From positions 448 through 64,447 of the forward strand of contig JAJYNX010000098.1 of assembly GCA_021786095.1 (NCBI GenBank): 64,000 bases of DNA, read 5' to 3'. Both the position numbers and the translations under genes were made by a program. The stretch comes from Actinomycetes bacterium (lineage in GTDB: Bacteria > Actinomycetota > Acidimicrobiia > Acidimicrobiales > RAAP-2). The notes under the pieces are model-generated. The model searched no databases and was not told where the DNA came from. It saw nothing but the letters and a program-made list of their open reading frames with translations. Every line of letters starts with the position of its first letter. The first letter of the stretch is position 1. Positions 18,786 through 28,221 of the stretch are shown here, piece after piece.

Positions 18786-19568
18786 GTGGCCTCGTCGCGA
18801 CCGTTCCCGCCCGAGGTCGTCTACGGCGTGGACGTCGGCGCGACCAACATCAAGTACTGCCACGTCGGCCCCGACGGTGCGCTGCTCGAGGCACTGCGCC
18901 GTCGCGCGACGCCCTACCCCTGCACGCCCGAGCGCCTCGTCACGACGCTGGTCGGGCGGATCCGCCGTTGCGGCACGTCGCGAGTGGGCGTGGGCTTCCC
19001 GGGCGAGTTCGCCGACGGCCACGTCGTGCGACCGGGCAACCTCTCGCGCCCGGGTGGTCCGGGAACGCCGGTCGATCCCGACCTCGACCGGCGTTGGCGC
19101 GGCTTCGACCTGCAGGGAACGCTGCGCGCGCAGACCAGCCGTGACGTGCGGGTGGTCAACGACGCGACGCTGGCCGCGATCGGGGCGAGTCTCGGCCGCG
19201 GCGTCGAGCTGGTGTTCACCCTGGGCACCGGCTTCGGTCTCGCGAAGTTGGACGGAGGTCAGCCCGTGCGCGTGCGCGACGTGGGCCAGGAGGTGTTCTG
19301 CGACGGGCGCACCTACGACCAGGCCCTCGGTGAGCAGTCACGCGCGCAGGACGAGGCGGCGTGGCGCCAACTGCTCGACCAGGCGCTCACCGGATTCATC
19401 CGGGAGTTCGGAGCCGACACCGTACACCTGGCCGGTGGCAACGCGCGGCGTGTGACGTCCGAGATGTTCGCTGATCTACCCTGTCCGGTCATTGTCAACG
19501 GCAACGAGTCCTCGATGACCGGTGCGGCTCGGCTCTTCTATCCGCTCGTCACCCCTCTCGATCGCTGA
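18786..19568 (+). CDS. ROK-family kinase, polyphosphate glucokinase-like
   Basis: VDVGATNIK, VGFPG, VVNDA, FTLGTGFG, LAGGNA. Confidence 0.8.
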   Translation: MASSRPFPPEVVYGVDVGATNIKYCHVGPDGALLEALRRRATPYPCTPERLVTTLVGRIRRCGTSRVGVGFPGEFADGHVVRPGNLSRPGGPGTPVDPDLDRRWRGFDLQGTLRAQTSRDVRVVNDATLAAIGASLGRGVELVFTLGTGFGLAKLDGGQPVRVRDVGQEVFCDGRTYDQALGEQSRAQDEAAWRQLLDQALTGFIREFGADTVHLAGGNARRVTSEMFADLPCPVIVNGNESSMTGAARLFYPLVTPLDR

Positions 19569-20760
19569 GGGGGTCCTGGGCCAGGTCCACGGCGCTCGCC
19601 GCGAGAACCTCGGCTGCGACGCGGCATGCCTCGTCGTCGACGGCGAAGTCGGGTCCGTGGTGCATTCCGCTGCTGCCGTCGGCCAGTGCGCCGCCGACGA
19701 ACAGGTAGCATCCCGCGACGCGTCCCAGCAGTTCGGCCACGTCGTCACTCGGTGAGACCGGAGGCGTGACCAGCGTCGCGGCGCCGCCGACGACCCGCGC
19801 GGCCGCCTCGAGGACGCGGGCGGTGACGGCGGCGTCGTTGACGACCGCGGGGGCGTGCTCGCCCAGCTCGATCGTGGCGGTGACGCCGAAGGCGGACTCC
19901 ACCTCGGCGACGAGGAGTCCCAGCCGCTCCAGCGCGATCTCGAGCTGATCGGGGGTGAAGGTGCGCAGCGTGCCCAGCGCGGTCGCGGCGCGCGGAACCA
20001 CGTTGTTCGCGGTACCCGCGCGCACCACGCCCGCCGAGCACGCACAGTCGGTGCCCTCGAAGGAGAGGCCGGTGACGACCTCGCCGAGGCGTGGGACGAG
20101 GTGGCTGAGGGCGAGCACGACGTTGCCGTCGACCTGGGCCATGGCGCCGTGCCCACCGCGTCCGGCGAGGTGCACGGTGAGCGCGTTGGCGGCGCTCATG
20201 AGGGTGCCGGGCCGAGTCGCCACGAGGCCCACCGGCGCCAGCGACGTCACGTGGGCGCCGAGGACGACGTCGGCCGGGTGCTCGACCAGGAGACCACCGT
20301 CGATCATCGCTCGGGCACCGCCGAGTGCCTCCTCGGCCGGTTGGAAGACGAGGGTGTACTCGCCGGTGAGCGTATCGCGCCGTTGGGCCAGGAGGTCCGC
20401 CACGGCCAGCAGCGCCGCGGTGTGCACGTCGTGGCCGCACGCGTGCATGACGCCGTCGTGGCGCGAGGCGTGGAGCCAGGACCGCTCCTCGTGTACGGGT
20501 AGTGCGTCGATGTCGGCCCGCAGCATGATCCGCCGGCCGTGGTGGGCGCCGCGCAGGGTGGCGACCGCCCCGGTCTCGGTGGGGCAGGGGGCGAGCTCCC
20601 ACCCCAGGGTCGACAGGCGTTCGCGGATCACCGCCGTCGTACGGTGCTCCCGGAAGGAGAGTTCGGGGTGGGCGTGCAGGTCGTGACGCAGATCCATCAT
20701 CGGATCGCGGGCGCGGCGCCACAACTCGGGGAGTGAGTCGGTGAACGCGTCGTCCATCAC
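19549..20760 (-). CDS. M20-family amidohydrolase
   Basis: HAHPELSFRE, LRADIDALP, MHACGHDVH, FQPAEE. Confidence 0.92.
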   Translation of the reverse strand: MMDDAFTDSLPELWRRARDPMMDLRHDLHAHPELSFREHRTTAVIRERLSTLGWELAPCPTETGAVATLRGAHHGRRIMLRADIDALPVHEERSWLHASRHDGVMHACGHDVHTAALLAVADLLAQRRDTLTGEYTLVFQPAEEALGGARAMIDGGLLVEHPADVVLGAHVTSLAPVGLVATRPGTLMSAANALTVHLAGRGGHGAMAQVDGNVVLALSHLVPRLGEVVTGLSFEGTDCACSAGVVRAGTANNVVPRAATALGTLRTFTPDQLEIALERLGLLVAEVESAFGVTATIELGEHAPAVVNDAAVTARVLEAAARVVGGAATLVTPPVSPSDDVAELLGRVAGCYLFVGGALADGSSGMHHGPDFAVDDEACRVAAEVLAASAVDLAQDPLSDREG

Positions 20761-20852
20761 CGAATGGTAGTGATCCGCCGTCGCCTCGCGGGTGGTTCGC
20801 CCGGGATGGCGTCGCGGTCGCCAGGCACTACGATGGGGAGCCGAGTATCACT

Positions 20853-20929
20853 GCGGCTGTAGCTCAGCGGATTAGAGCATCGGTCTACGGAACCGAGGGT
20901 CGGGGGTTCGAATCCCTCCAGCCGCACCA
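20853..20929 (+). tRNA. tRNA-Arg (ACG), CCA encoded
   Basis: GCGGCTG/CAGCCGC stem, CT-ACG-GA loop, GGTTCGAATCC. Confidence 0.96.
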
Positions 20930-21099
20930 AAGGATAAAGGATGAGGTGCCAGCGTGGTCCGACGATCCGCGGGGTGCGGGGGTTCCCCATGAGATGACCT
21001 GGTGTCGTGAGCGCGTCAAGGGTTCGCTGCGCGGGCGGCGAGGGCGCGACGAGGTACCGTCAACTCGGGGGACGGCCAGTCTCGGGTGAGTGGGTTCGT

Positions 21100-21717
21100 A
21101 TGCGATGGTTGCGTTCTACGAGTGCCGCGTTGGCTCTCGCCGCGTCGTCGCTGGGCGTCGCGGGCGCCGCGGGCGCGGCACCCTCGCCCTATCCGGCTTC
21201 GCTCACGATGCGACACGGGCTGACGTTCTCGACGACGGGTCGCGCGCTGCGATGGGGGACGGCGCTCACGACCGCCCAGGCTCGATGGGTGACGATCGAG
21301 TCGTCGGGGGGTGCCGATCGGTGGGGAGTGTGGCGTCGCGCCGGCGGGCCCGCGCAATACCCGGTGCGCAGCGCCGACGGCGGACTGCGCTGGGTGGCCG
21401 CGGGGCCCCAGCTCTCCTCCGACTGGGCGGGTGGTTCGCTCTTCGAGGTGACCGTGGTGATCGGCGAGGGTCCGCTGAGCGCGGTCATGGTCAGCCACTC
21501 CATCATTGACGTCACCACTGACGGCGGGCGACAGTGGTACCAGTACCTCCACGCCACCGCGAACTGGTCGATCTCGCGGTATCGGGTTCGCGGCGGGGGC
21601 ATCGGCCTGCGCGTCGCTCCCGCGAGCTTCGCTCGATTGCCGAGGGGGAGTTACGCCCTCTACGTACTCGACGTCGTTGGTCACCGGTGGCGCCGCGTGG
21701 CGCAGTCGTTGCGCTGA
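21100..21717 (+). CDS. Secreted hypothetical protein with Asp-box-like motifs
   Basis: Signal peptide (MRWLRS...AAGAA), SADGGLRW and TTDGGRQW. Confidence 0.65.
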   Translation: MRWLRSTSAALALAASSLGVAGAAGAAPSPYPASLTMRHGLTFSTTGRALRWGTALTTAQARWVTIESSGGADRWGVWRRAGGPAQYPVRSADGGLRWVAAGPQLSSDWAGGSLFEVTVVIGEGPLSAVMVSHSIIDVTTDGGRQWYQYLHATANWSISRYRVRGGGIGLRVAPASFARLPRGSYALYVLDVVGHRWRRVAQSLR

Positions 21718-21769
21718 GGCCCCGGTCCGGGCTCGCCGTGCCCGGGTCGGCGCCCGCTACGGGGGCCGG

Positions 21770-22984
21770 CTAGCGCGGCGGACGTCGACGCGTGGCCGTC
21801 ACGCGTAGACCAATGACCGGGAAGAGGAAGACCGACGCGGCGCCGGCGGCCACGAGGGCCGCGGCATTCTCTGGTCCGAGGCGCCCCTGGGCGACGCCGA
21901 TCTCGGTGATGGCGACGATGAGGGGGAGCGAGGTGGCGGCGTAGAGCGCGAGCGAGATTCGCTGACGCCGGGGGAGGTCGCGACGGTTGAGGGCGAACGC
22001 GGGCAGACCCCGTACGACGAGCAAGAGCACGAGGAAGATGGGCACGAGCAGGAGATTGCGCGCCTTGGCGAACAGGGCCGTCAGGTCGAAGGCCACCCCG
22101 CTGACCACGAAGAAGATGGGGACCAGGAAGCCGTAGCCGATCGCGTCGAGTTTCGACGTGACCGCGGCGCGATCGTCGCCGGCGATGATCACCTGGACCA
22201 CGATGCCCGCGGCGAAGGACCCCATCAGGACGTCGAGTCCCAGCGCCTGGGCGAAGTAGGTGAGAGCGAGCACCAGCAAGAGGGAGAGTCGGACTGGTAG
22301 CTGGGAGGTGGAGTGCAGGTGGCGGCGCAGGAAGAGGATGGCCCGCGGCGGCCGGACGCGGTTGGCGAGGACGCCCGCCGCCACCGCGACGCCGACGAAG
22401 CCGAGGGTGAGCAGTGAGGTGAGTCCGGCACTGGAGGTGGAGAGCAGGATCGTGGCGACGACGATGGGCCCGAACTCGCCGACCGCTCCCAGCGTCAGCA
22501 GGCGGCTGCCCAACGGCGTGGCGAAGACGCCGGTGTCCCTCAGTGCGGGGATGAGAGTCGTGAGTGCGGTCGTGGTGAGGCAGAGCGCCACCGTCGTGGC
22601 GTGGTCGATGAGTCCCCAGGACTGGAGCGCGAGGGCGGCTCCCAGGGCCATGGCCAGTGACACCAGCCAGCCCACGACGACCCGGGCGCTGGACGCGAGG
22701 CGGATCTGGTGCAGGTCGATCTCGCTTCCCGCGAGGAACATCAGGTAGGACAGGCCGAGGGTCGACAGGGCGGAGACCACCGGTCCGACCCGCGCGACGT
22801 CGAGGACATCGGGCCCCAGCACGACGCCGAAGGCGATCTGGATGATGGCCTCGGGCACGACGACGATGCGTCGAGCAGCCTCCGCGACGATCGGCGATGC
22901 GACGGCTGCCAGAGCGACGAGCACCAGCGTGGGTAGCGCCAGTCCGATGGCGGAGTGACGGGCACCCGCGAAGGCCAGTAGCAC
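21770..22984 (-). CDS. Cation:proton antiporter (CPA2/Kef-type)
   Basis: About twelve TM helices, LMFLAGSEID, GFLVPIFFVVSG. Confidence 0.88.
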   Translation of the reverse strand: MLLAFAGARHSAIGLALPTLVLVALAAVASPIVAEAARRIVVVPEAIIQIAFGVVLGPDVLDVARVGPVVSALSTLGLSYLMFLAGSEIDLHQIRLASSARVVVGWLVSLAMALGAALALQSWGLIDHATTVALCLTTTALTTLIPALRDTGVFATPLGSRLLTLGAVGEFGPIVVATILLSTSSAGLTSLLTLGFVGVAVAAGVLANRVRPPRAILFLRRHLHSTSQLPVRLSLLLVLALTYFAQALGLDVLMGSFAAGIVVQVIIAGDDRAAVTSKLDAIGYGFLVPIFFVVSGVAFDLTALFAKARNLLLVPIFLVLLLVVRGLPAFALNRRDLPRRQRISLALYAATSLPLIVAITEIGVAQGRLGPENAAALVAAGAASVFLFPVIGLRVTATRRRPPR

Positions 22985-23142
22985 GGCGTCAGGCCTCTCG
23001 CGGGTGTGGGGCGCCGGACGCGACTCGTCGATGATCTGCTCGCCCGCGGGTCGCGGCGCGATCGAGCGTGGGGCATCGGTCGGGCGTGATGGACGCTATC
23101 GGCGCAGTGTAGTGGCGTCGGCTGTGGTGCCGGTGGCCGCGT

Positions 23143-24582
23143 TCACGTCGTGCTGGGCACCCGAGTGGGCACGCCGGCTCCGTGGAGGGGCACGCGGGCG
23201 TCGATGGTCGTGCCGTGATCGGGTGTGGCCAGGATGTCGCAGCGCCCACCCAGCAGGTGAGCGCGTTCGCGCATGCTGTGGATGCCGAGGTGGCGTCCGT
23301 CGAGCGCTCCGACAGTGTGCGAGTCGAAGCCGCGCCCGTCGTCGGTCACGCGCACGTGCAGCGCGTCGCCCACGAAGTGCATCTCGACGGTCAGGAGGGT
23401 CGCGTCGGCGTGGCGCACGGTGTTGCGCACGGCCTCCTGGATGATGCGAAAGGCCCCAATCTCCGCCTCGGGGGTTCCGCGCACCACGTCGCCGTCGAGG
23501 AGGAAGCGGGTGGCCACCTCGTGCTGGATCTCGACGTCGACGAGCAGCCCCCGCACGGCGGCCACCAGTCCGTACTGGTCCAGGCCTGCGGGATGCAGTC
23601 CTCTCGTGACCTCGCGCAGGTGGCCCACCGTCTCGAGCAACTCTTCGCGCACGACGTCCCAGCGACCGTGGTCGCCGTTGGCGGGCGCGGCGTCACCGAG
23701 CGACTCGACGCGTCGCGCCAGCTGTAGGAGCCGTTGGAGGGGGTCGTCATGGATCTCGCGCGCGATGCGCCGCCGTTCCTCCTCCTGCGCTCGCAGCACC
23801 TCACCGGCCCAGGCCCGTGCCTCGATCTCCGAACGGTGCTCCTCGGTGATGTCCTCGAGGACGACCTGATGGGACGAGCCGTCGCCGACGGTGTCGAGAC
23901 TCGAGATCGACGGTCGGTAGGTGCGTTCGTCGCCGTTCGGGGTGATGATGGTGACGGTTCGCGGCGTCGTGGTCGCGGTGATGTCGTCGACGGAGAGCCC
24001 GAGCAGGTCGTGCAGGGTGGAGCCGCGGGTATCGCCCCACAGCGTCGCGGCGGCGGGGTTGACCTCGACGACCGCTCCGGAGGGATCCACGAGGACGATT
24101 GGTGACGCGTTGGTGGTGAAGAGCTGGCGATAGTGCCATTCGGCCGCGCGACGCTCGGCCTCGGCGGACTCGGCGCGGGCTCGCTCGAGGTGGGCTCGCT
24201 CGATCTCGAGGCCCACGAAGAGGGCCACGACCGCTACGACCGCGAGCTGGACGAGGTCCTGGTGGTAGTGGCCCTTGTCGTGGTCGAGCAGCAGGTCGGG
24301 CGTCCACAGCAGGATCGCCCAGAGAGTGGTCGCCGCGGAGCCCGACAATCCGTAGTAGAGCGCGGCGTATCCGACGGGGATGAGTAGGAGATCGATGGGG
24401 ATCCCGTAGGGGAAGTACCGGTTGTCCAGCCCGCCGTGCATGTCGATGCCGATGTGGATGAAGGCCCACAGCACCACCATGAGCTGCACCAGCCAGAAGG
24501 AGCGCTCGCGCAGCGGCGGATGCAGGGCACCCCTCAGGATCTGGCGCACGGGGATGCGCGGCGAGGCGGGGCGCAGCGTCAC
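23143..24582 (-). CDS. Membrane-bound PAS sensor histidine kinase (HisKA_3 type)
   Basis: Four N-terminal TM helices, PAS-like region, EEERRRIAREIHDD, RIIQEAVRNTVRHA, DDGRGF, HLGIHSMRERA. Confidence 0.92.
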   Translation of the reverse strand: MTLRPASPRIPVRQILRGALHPPLRERSFWLVQLMVVLWAFIHIGIDMHGGLDNRYFPYGIPIDLLLIPVGYAALYYGLSGSAATTLWAILLWTPDLLLDHDKGHYHQDLVQLAVVAVVALFVGLEIERAHLERARAESAEAERRAAEWHYRQLFTTNASPIVLVDPSGAVVEVNPAAATLWGDTRGSTLHDLLGLSVDDITATTTPRTVTIITPNGDERTYRPSISSLDTVGDGSSHQVVLEDITEEHRSEIEARAWAGEVLRAQEEERRRIAREIHDDPLQRLLQLARRVESLGDAAPANGDHGRWDVVREELLETVGHLREVTRGLHPAGLDQYGLVAAVRGLLVDVEIQHEVATRFLLDGDVVRGTPEAEIGAFRIIQEAVRNTVRHADATLLTVEMHFVGDALHVRVTDDGRGFDSHTVGALDGRHLGIHSMRERAHLLGGRCDILATPDHGTTIDARVPLHGAGVPTRVPSTT

Positions 24583-25250
24583 TTGGCCGAGTTGGGCGAG
24601 ATCAGGTGGTGCTCGAGCACGTACACGATCGCCTCGGAGCGCGAGCGTACCCCGAGCTTGGCCAGCACCGCCGAGACGTAGCTCTCCACCGTGCGCAGCC
24701 CGACGCCGAGATCACGGGCGATCTCCTTGTTCGAACGGCCGCGTACCAGGCCACGGATCACGTCGAACTCGCGAGCGGTGAGGGCGTCGGCGACGCGCTC
24801 CTCGGGCTGTCGGCGTCGGCCGGCGAGTCGGTGCGACAGCACGCCGTCGATGACCGTGCCACCGAGCGCGACCGTGCGCACCGCGGCGATGAACTCGTCG
24901 GTGCCGATGGTCTTGAGCAGGTACCCGTTGGCCCCCGCCGCGAGGGCCTCGGAGAAGTAGACGTAGTCGTCGTGGGCGGACAGCATCAGGCAGCGCACGG
25001 GCAGTCCGGTGCCGACGACGTGGCGCACCACGTCGACGCCGCTGCCGTCGGGCAGTTCGACGTCGATGACCATGAGGCGGGGCGTGAGTCGCTGGGCGAG
25101 GTCGATAGCGTCGGCGACGGACGAGACCTCGCCCACGACCTCGATGCCGTCCTCGCGCTCGAGCATCTGACGGGTGCCCTCGCGCACGACGGTGTGGTCG
25201 TCCACCACCACCACCGTTATCGTTTCCTCGCGCGAGCGTACGTCCGCCAC
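24579..25250 (-). CDS. NarL/LuxR-family response regulator
   Basis: VVDDHTVVREG, GANGYLLK, LTAREFDV...GRSNKEIA...KLGVRSR. Confidence 0.94.
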   Translation of the reverse strand: MADVRSREETITVVVVDDHTVVREGTRQMLEREDGIEVVGEVSSVADAIDLAQRLTPRLMVIDVELPDGSGVDVVRHVVGTGLPVRCLMLSAHDDYVYFSEALAAGANGYLLKTIGTDEFIAAVRTVALGGTVIDGVLSHRLAGRRRQPEERVADALTAREFDVIRGLVRGRSNKEIARDLGVGLRTVESYVSAVLAKLGVRSRSEAIVYVLEHHLISPNSAK

Positions 25251-25425
25251 GGCCTCAGGATAGGTCAGGAATTCGCCCGTGCGGCACGCTGGACGTCGCG
25301 TCCGTACCGTAGTTCCTCGGTAGTGGCGCCCCGTGGCATTTCTCTACCGGACCCGGCCCGCGCCGGGCAGGCTGTCTCACGGGCTGGGCCGTGTGCGGTC
25401 CCGGCGCTGAAGGGAGTCGCGGGGC

Positions 25426-25983
25426 ATGAGCAGTGAGTCGGTGGTGAGTGGGCGCCAGGATGGGATGAGCCATCGGCTGCGGGGCCTCGTCAATCTGGTG
25501 GTGGGAGCCGTGCTGGTCGTCGCGGTGGTCTTCGCTCTGACGGCCGGCGTCGGCGCAATCTGGTCGGCCGTGACGAGCTCGTCGAGCCCCGGCGCGAGCG
25601 CGGCGCCGGCGGGCGGCGCACCCGTCACCCCCGCAGCCGTGGCGCTCAAGATGACGATCGACGCCCCGCCGGTGGGTGGGGTCAAGGGATCCAACGGGAT
25701 GGTGGACGAGGCGTACACGCCCGGGACTCTCACGATGAGCGTCGGGACCACCTATGACGTCACGATCCTCAACTACTCGAAGGACGGGCACACGTGGACC
25801 CTTCCGGAGCTCAACGTGAACGCGGTGGTGCCAGTGGGCTCGAGCTCCTCACCGTCGGTGACCCACTTCACCGTGACGCCGAAGAAGGCGGGGACGTACC
25901 AGTGGTTCTGTGCGGTGCCGTGCGAGAAGTGGTCGATGGCCACCAACGGCTTCATGCGTGGCTACGTGGTGGTCAAGGCGTGA
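25426..25983 (+). CDS. Membrane-anchored cupredoxin-like protein 1
   Basis: N-terminal TM; GHTWT and GTYQWFCAVPCEKWSMATNGFMRGYV. Confidence 0.8.
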   Translation: MSSESVVSGRQDGMSHRLRGLVNLVVGAVLVVAVVFALTAGVGAIWSAVTSSSSPGASAAPAGGAPVTPAAVALKMTIDAPPVGGVKGSNGMVDEAYTPGTLTMSVGTTYDVTILNYSKDGHTWTLPELNVNAVVPVGSSSSPSVTHFTVTPKKAGTYQWFCAVPCEKWSMATNGFMRGYVVVKA

Positions 25984-26039
25984 GGTCTCGTACCGCGGGG
26001 GAGAGCCTCCCGGTCGGAGTAACCAAAGGAGATAATCAC

Positions 26040-26606
26040 ATGAAGAGCACACTGGCCAAGGTGGTGACGGTGGCCCTGGCGGCGGCTCCCGCGATGGCCC
26101 TCGGCCTCGCACCGAGCGGCGCCGGTGCCGCCGGGGCGGCCGGTCACGTGACCGAGTCGATGCGCCTGATCACTGGTCACATGGACGGAAAGTCGGGCTG
26201 GCCGAAGATCACCAACTCGTCGTGGACCGTCCACAAGGGTGAGACCGTCACCGTCAAGATCACGAGCTACGACGACGGCACGGCCCCGTTGACCGGCCAG
26301 TACATGAAGTACGACAAGGTGATGGGCGCGACCACCGGCAAGGAGACCGTCAACGGCAAGGGCGTGACGACGGTGTCGGACATCAACGTCGCCCACACCT
26401 TCACGGTGCCTGGTCTCGGGTTCAACATGCCGATCCCGGTGGCACCGACTGGCGGTCACGTCACCGTGGTCGCGACCTTCATCGCCAAGAAGACCGGTAC
26501 CTTCGTGTGGCACTGCTACGCCCCGTGCGGCTCGGGCGCGACGGGCATGGCCGGCGCCATGACGACGATGGGCTGGATGACTGGAAAGGTCACGGTCGTC
26601 CGATGA
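26040..26606 (+). CDS. Secreted cupredoxin-like protein 2
   Basis: RBS AAAGGAG; Sec signal peptide; AHTFT and GTFVWHCYAPCGSGATGMAGAMTTMGWMTG. Confidence 0.85.
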   Translation: MKSTLAKVVTVALAAAPAMALGLAPSGAGAAGAAGHVTESMRLITGHMDGKSGWPKITNSSWTVHKGETVTVKITSYDDGTAPLTGQYMKYDKVMGATTGKETVNGKGVTTVSDINVAHTFTVPGLGFNMPIPVAPTGGHVTVVATFIAKKTGTFVWHCYAPCGSGATGMAGAMTTMGWMTGKVTVVR

Positions 26607-27337
26607 GTGACGAGCGCTCTCGCGGATCGCGCGGCGACGCGCCAGGTGCCGGCGATCCGCTGGAGCGGCTCGGGCGGTGGGACCCCCTCGAGCGGCTCGG
26701 ACGGCTGAGTTGGCGCCGCCCCGCGCGCGTCGCGCGCCAGGGGGGAATCGTGGTGGGCTCCTTCGCGGGCATCCTGGTGGTTCTCGGAGTCACGGTGGCC
26801 CTCGTGGGTGGTATCGCCGCGGCGGTGACGACGCTCACCAAGCCCGCGGCTCCTCCGGCGCTGGTGCCGCACGGCCACGTGACCGAGGCGATGAGCATCG
26901 TCTCGGGAACCTCGGGTGCGACCAACGGCTGGCCCGAGTACACCCACGCCTCGTGGACCGTCCACAAGGGTGAGACCGTCACCGTCAAGATCACGAGTTT
27001 CGACGACGGCACGGCGCCCCTCGTGGGGTCGCAGATGATGTTCGCGCACGTGATGGGCTCGACGAACGGCCACGAGACCGTGGACGGGAGGTCGATCACG
27101 TCGGTGCCGGACGTCAACATCGCCCACACCTTCACGGTGCCCGCTCTCAACTTCAACATGCCGATCCCGGTGGCACCGACCAACGGTCACGTCACCGTGG
27201 TCGCGACGTTCGTCGCGGCCAAGGCGGGCACGTTCACGTGGCAGTGCTACGCGCCGTGCGGGAGCGGGACGAACTCGATGGGCGGGGCGATGGCGACGAT
27301 GGGCTGGATGGAAGGCACGATCAAGGTGACAGCGTGA
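26603..27337 (+). CDS. Membrane-anchored cupredoxin-like protein 3 (paralog of protein 2)
   Basis: TM anchor; AHTFT and GTFTWQCYAPCGSGTNSMGGAMATMGWMEG. Confidence 0.85.
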   Translation: MSDERSRGSRGDAPGAGDPLERLGRWDPLERLGRLSWRRPARVARQGGIVVGSFAGILVVLGVTVALVGGIAAAVTTLTKPAAPPALVPHGHVTEAMSIVSGTSGATNGWPEYTHASWTVHKGETVTVKITSFDDGTAPLVGSQMMFAHVMGSTNGHETVDGRSITSVPDVNIAHTFTVPALNFNMPIPVAPTNGHVTVVATFVAAKAGTFTWQCYAPCGSGTNSMGGAMATMGWMEGTIKVTA

Positions 27338-28200
27338 TGACGAAGAACAGAGAGATGGTGCCGGCGTCCCCGGCGGTTGACGACGAGCACGACGAACTGA
27401 CCGCGGCTGCGGTCACGATCGGTCGGCGCGGACTCCTTCGCGCGGCGGCGCTGGGCGGACTGGGGCTCACCGCGCTCGGTGCGCTCGGCGAGACGGTGGC
27501 CGCGGCGGCCGAGTCCTCGACGACGACGCCGTCGGGCCCGACCCACCAGTGGTGCATGATCATCGACCTGCGCCTGTGCAACGGCTGCAAGCTCTGCACG
27601 ACGGCCTGCCAGACGGCGCACTACCTGCACGAGGACCAGACGTGGATGAACGTCTACACGATGCAGAACGCGGCGGGCGAGGACTACTACATGCCGCGCC
27701 CCTGCATGATGTGCGAGGACCCGGCGTGCGTCCCGGTGTGCCCCGTGGGAGCCAACATCCGCACCGACGAGGGCCTCGTTCTGGTGGACCAGAGCCGCTG
27801 CATCGGTACGCGCATCTGCATGAACGCCTGCCCCTACGACGCTCGGTACTTCAACTGGGAGCAGCCCGTTCCCGCCCCGCGTCAGCCGTTCCCCCAAGAG
27901 CCCGAGTGGCCCGTTCCCCAAGTCAAGGGCACGGTCGGCAAGTGCATCGACTGCGCCGCGATGCTGCCCTCGGGCCAGCTCCCCGAGTGTGTCACCCACT
28001 GCCCCATGGGCGTGCTCTACTTCGGCGACCTCACGTCGGACGCGGCGGTCAATGGCATGGGAGCGACGGTGAAGGTGTCGACCTTCCTGGCGGAGAACGA
28101 CGCCGTCGTCTTCAAGGAGGAGTACGGCACTCACCCGCGGGTGTACTACATCCCGGGTCACGGACAGGATTTGGACAACAATGCCGCGGCGTCGTCGTGA
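27337..28200 (+). CDS. Tat-exported tetra-cluster Fe-S protein (NrfC/ActB2-like)
   Basis: RRGLLR Tat motif; CNGCKLCTTAC, CMMCEDPACVPVC, CIGTRICMNAC, KCIDC...PECVTHC. Confidence 0.92.
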   Translation: MTKNREMVPASPAVDDEHDELTAAAVTIGRRGLLRAAALGGLGLTALGALGETVAAAAESSTTTPSGPTHQWCMIIDLRLCNGCKLCTTACQTAHYLHEDQTWMNVYTMQNAAGEDYYMPRPCMMCEDPACVPVCPVGANIRTDEGLVLVDQSRCIGTRICMNACPYDARYFNWEQPVPAPRQPFPQEPEWPVPQVKGTVGKCIDCAAMLPSGQLPECVTHCPMGVLYFGDLTSDAAVNGMGATVKVSTFLAENDAVVFKEEYGTHPRVYYIPGHGQDLDNNAAASS

Positions 28201-28221
28201 TGCGGGGGCGGAGGTAAGCGA

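Noticed and set aside
20853-21100. Island integrated at tRNA-Arg or tRNA-Ser
   Set aside because: No integrase and no duplicated tRNA 3' end found in the window
25426-27337. Naming the cupredoxins rusticyanin, sulfocyanin or oxidase subunit II
   Set aside because: They lack the C-terminal His of type-1 and CuA sites; no subunit I adjacent
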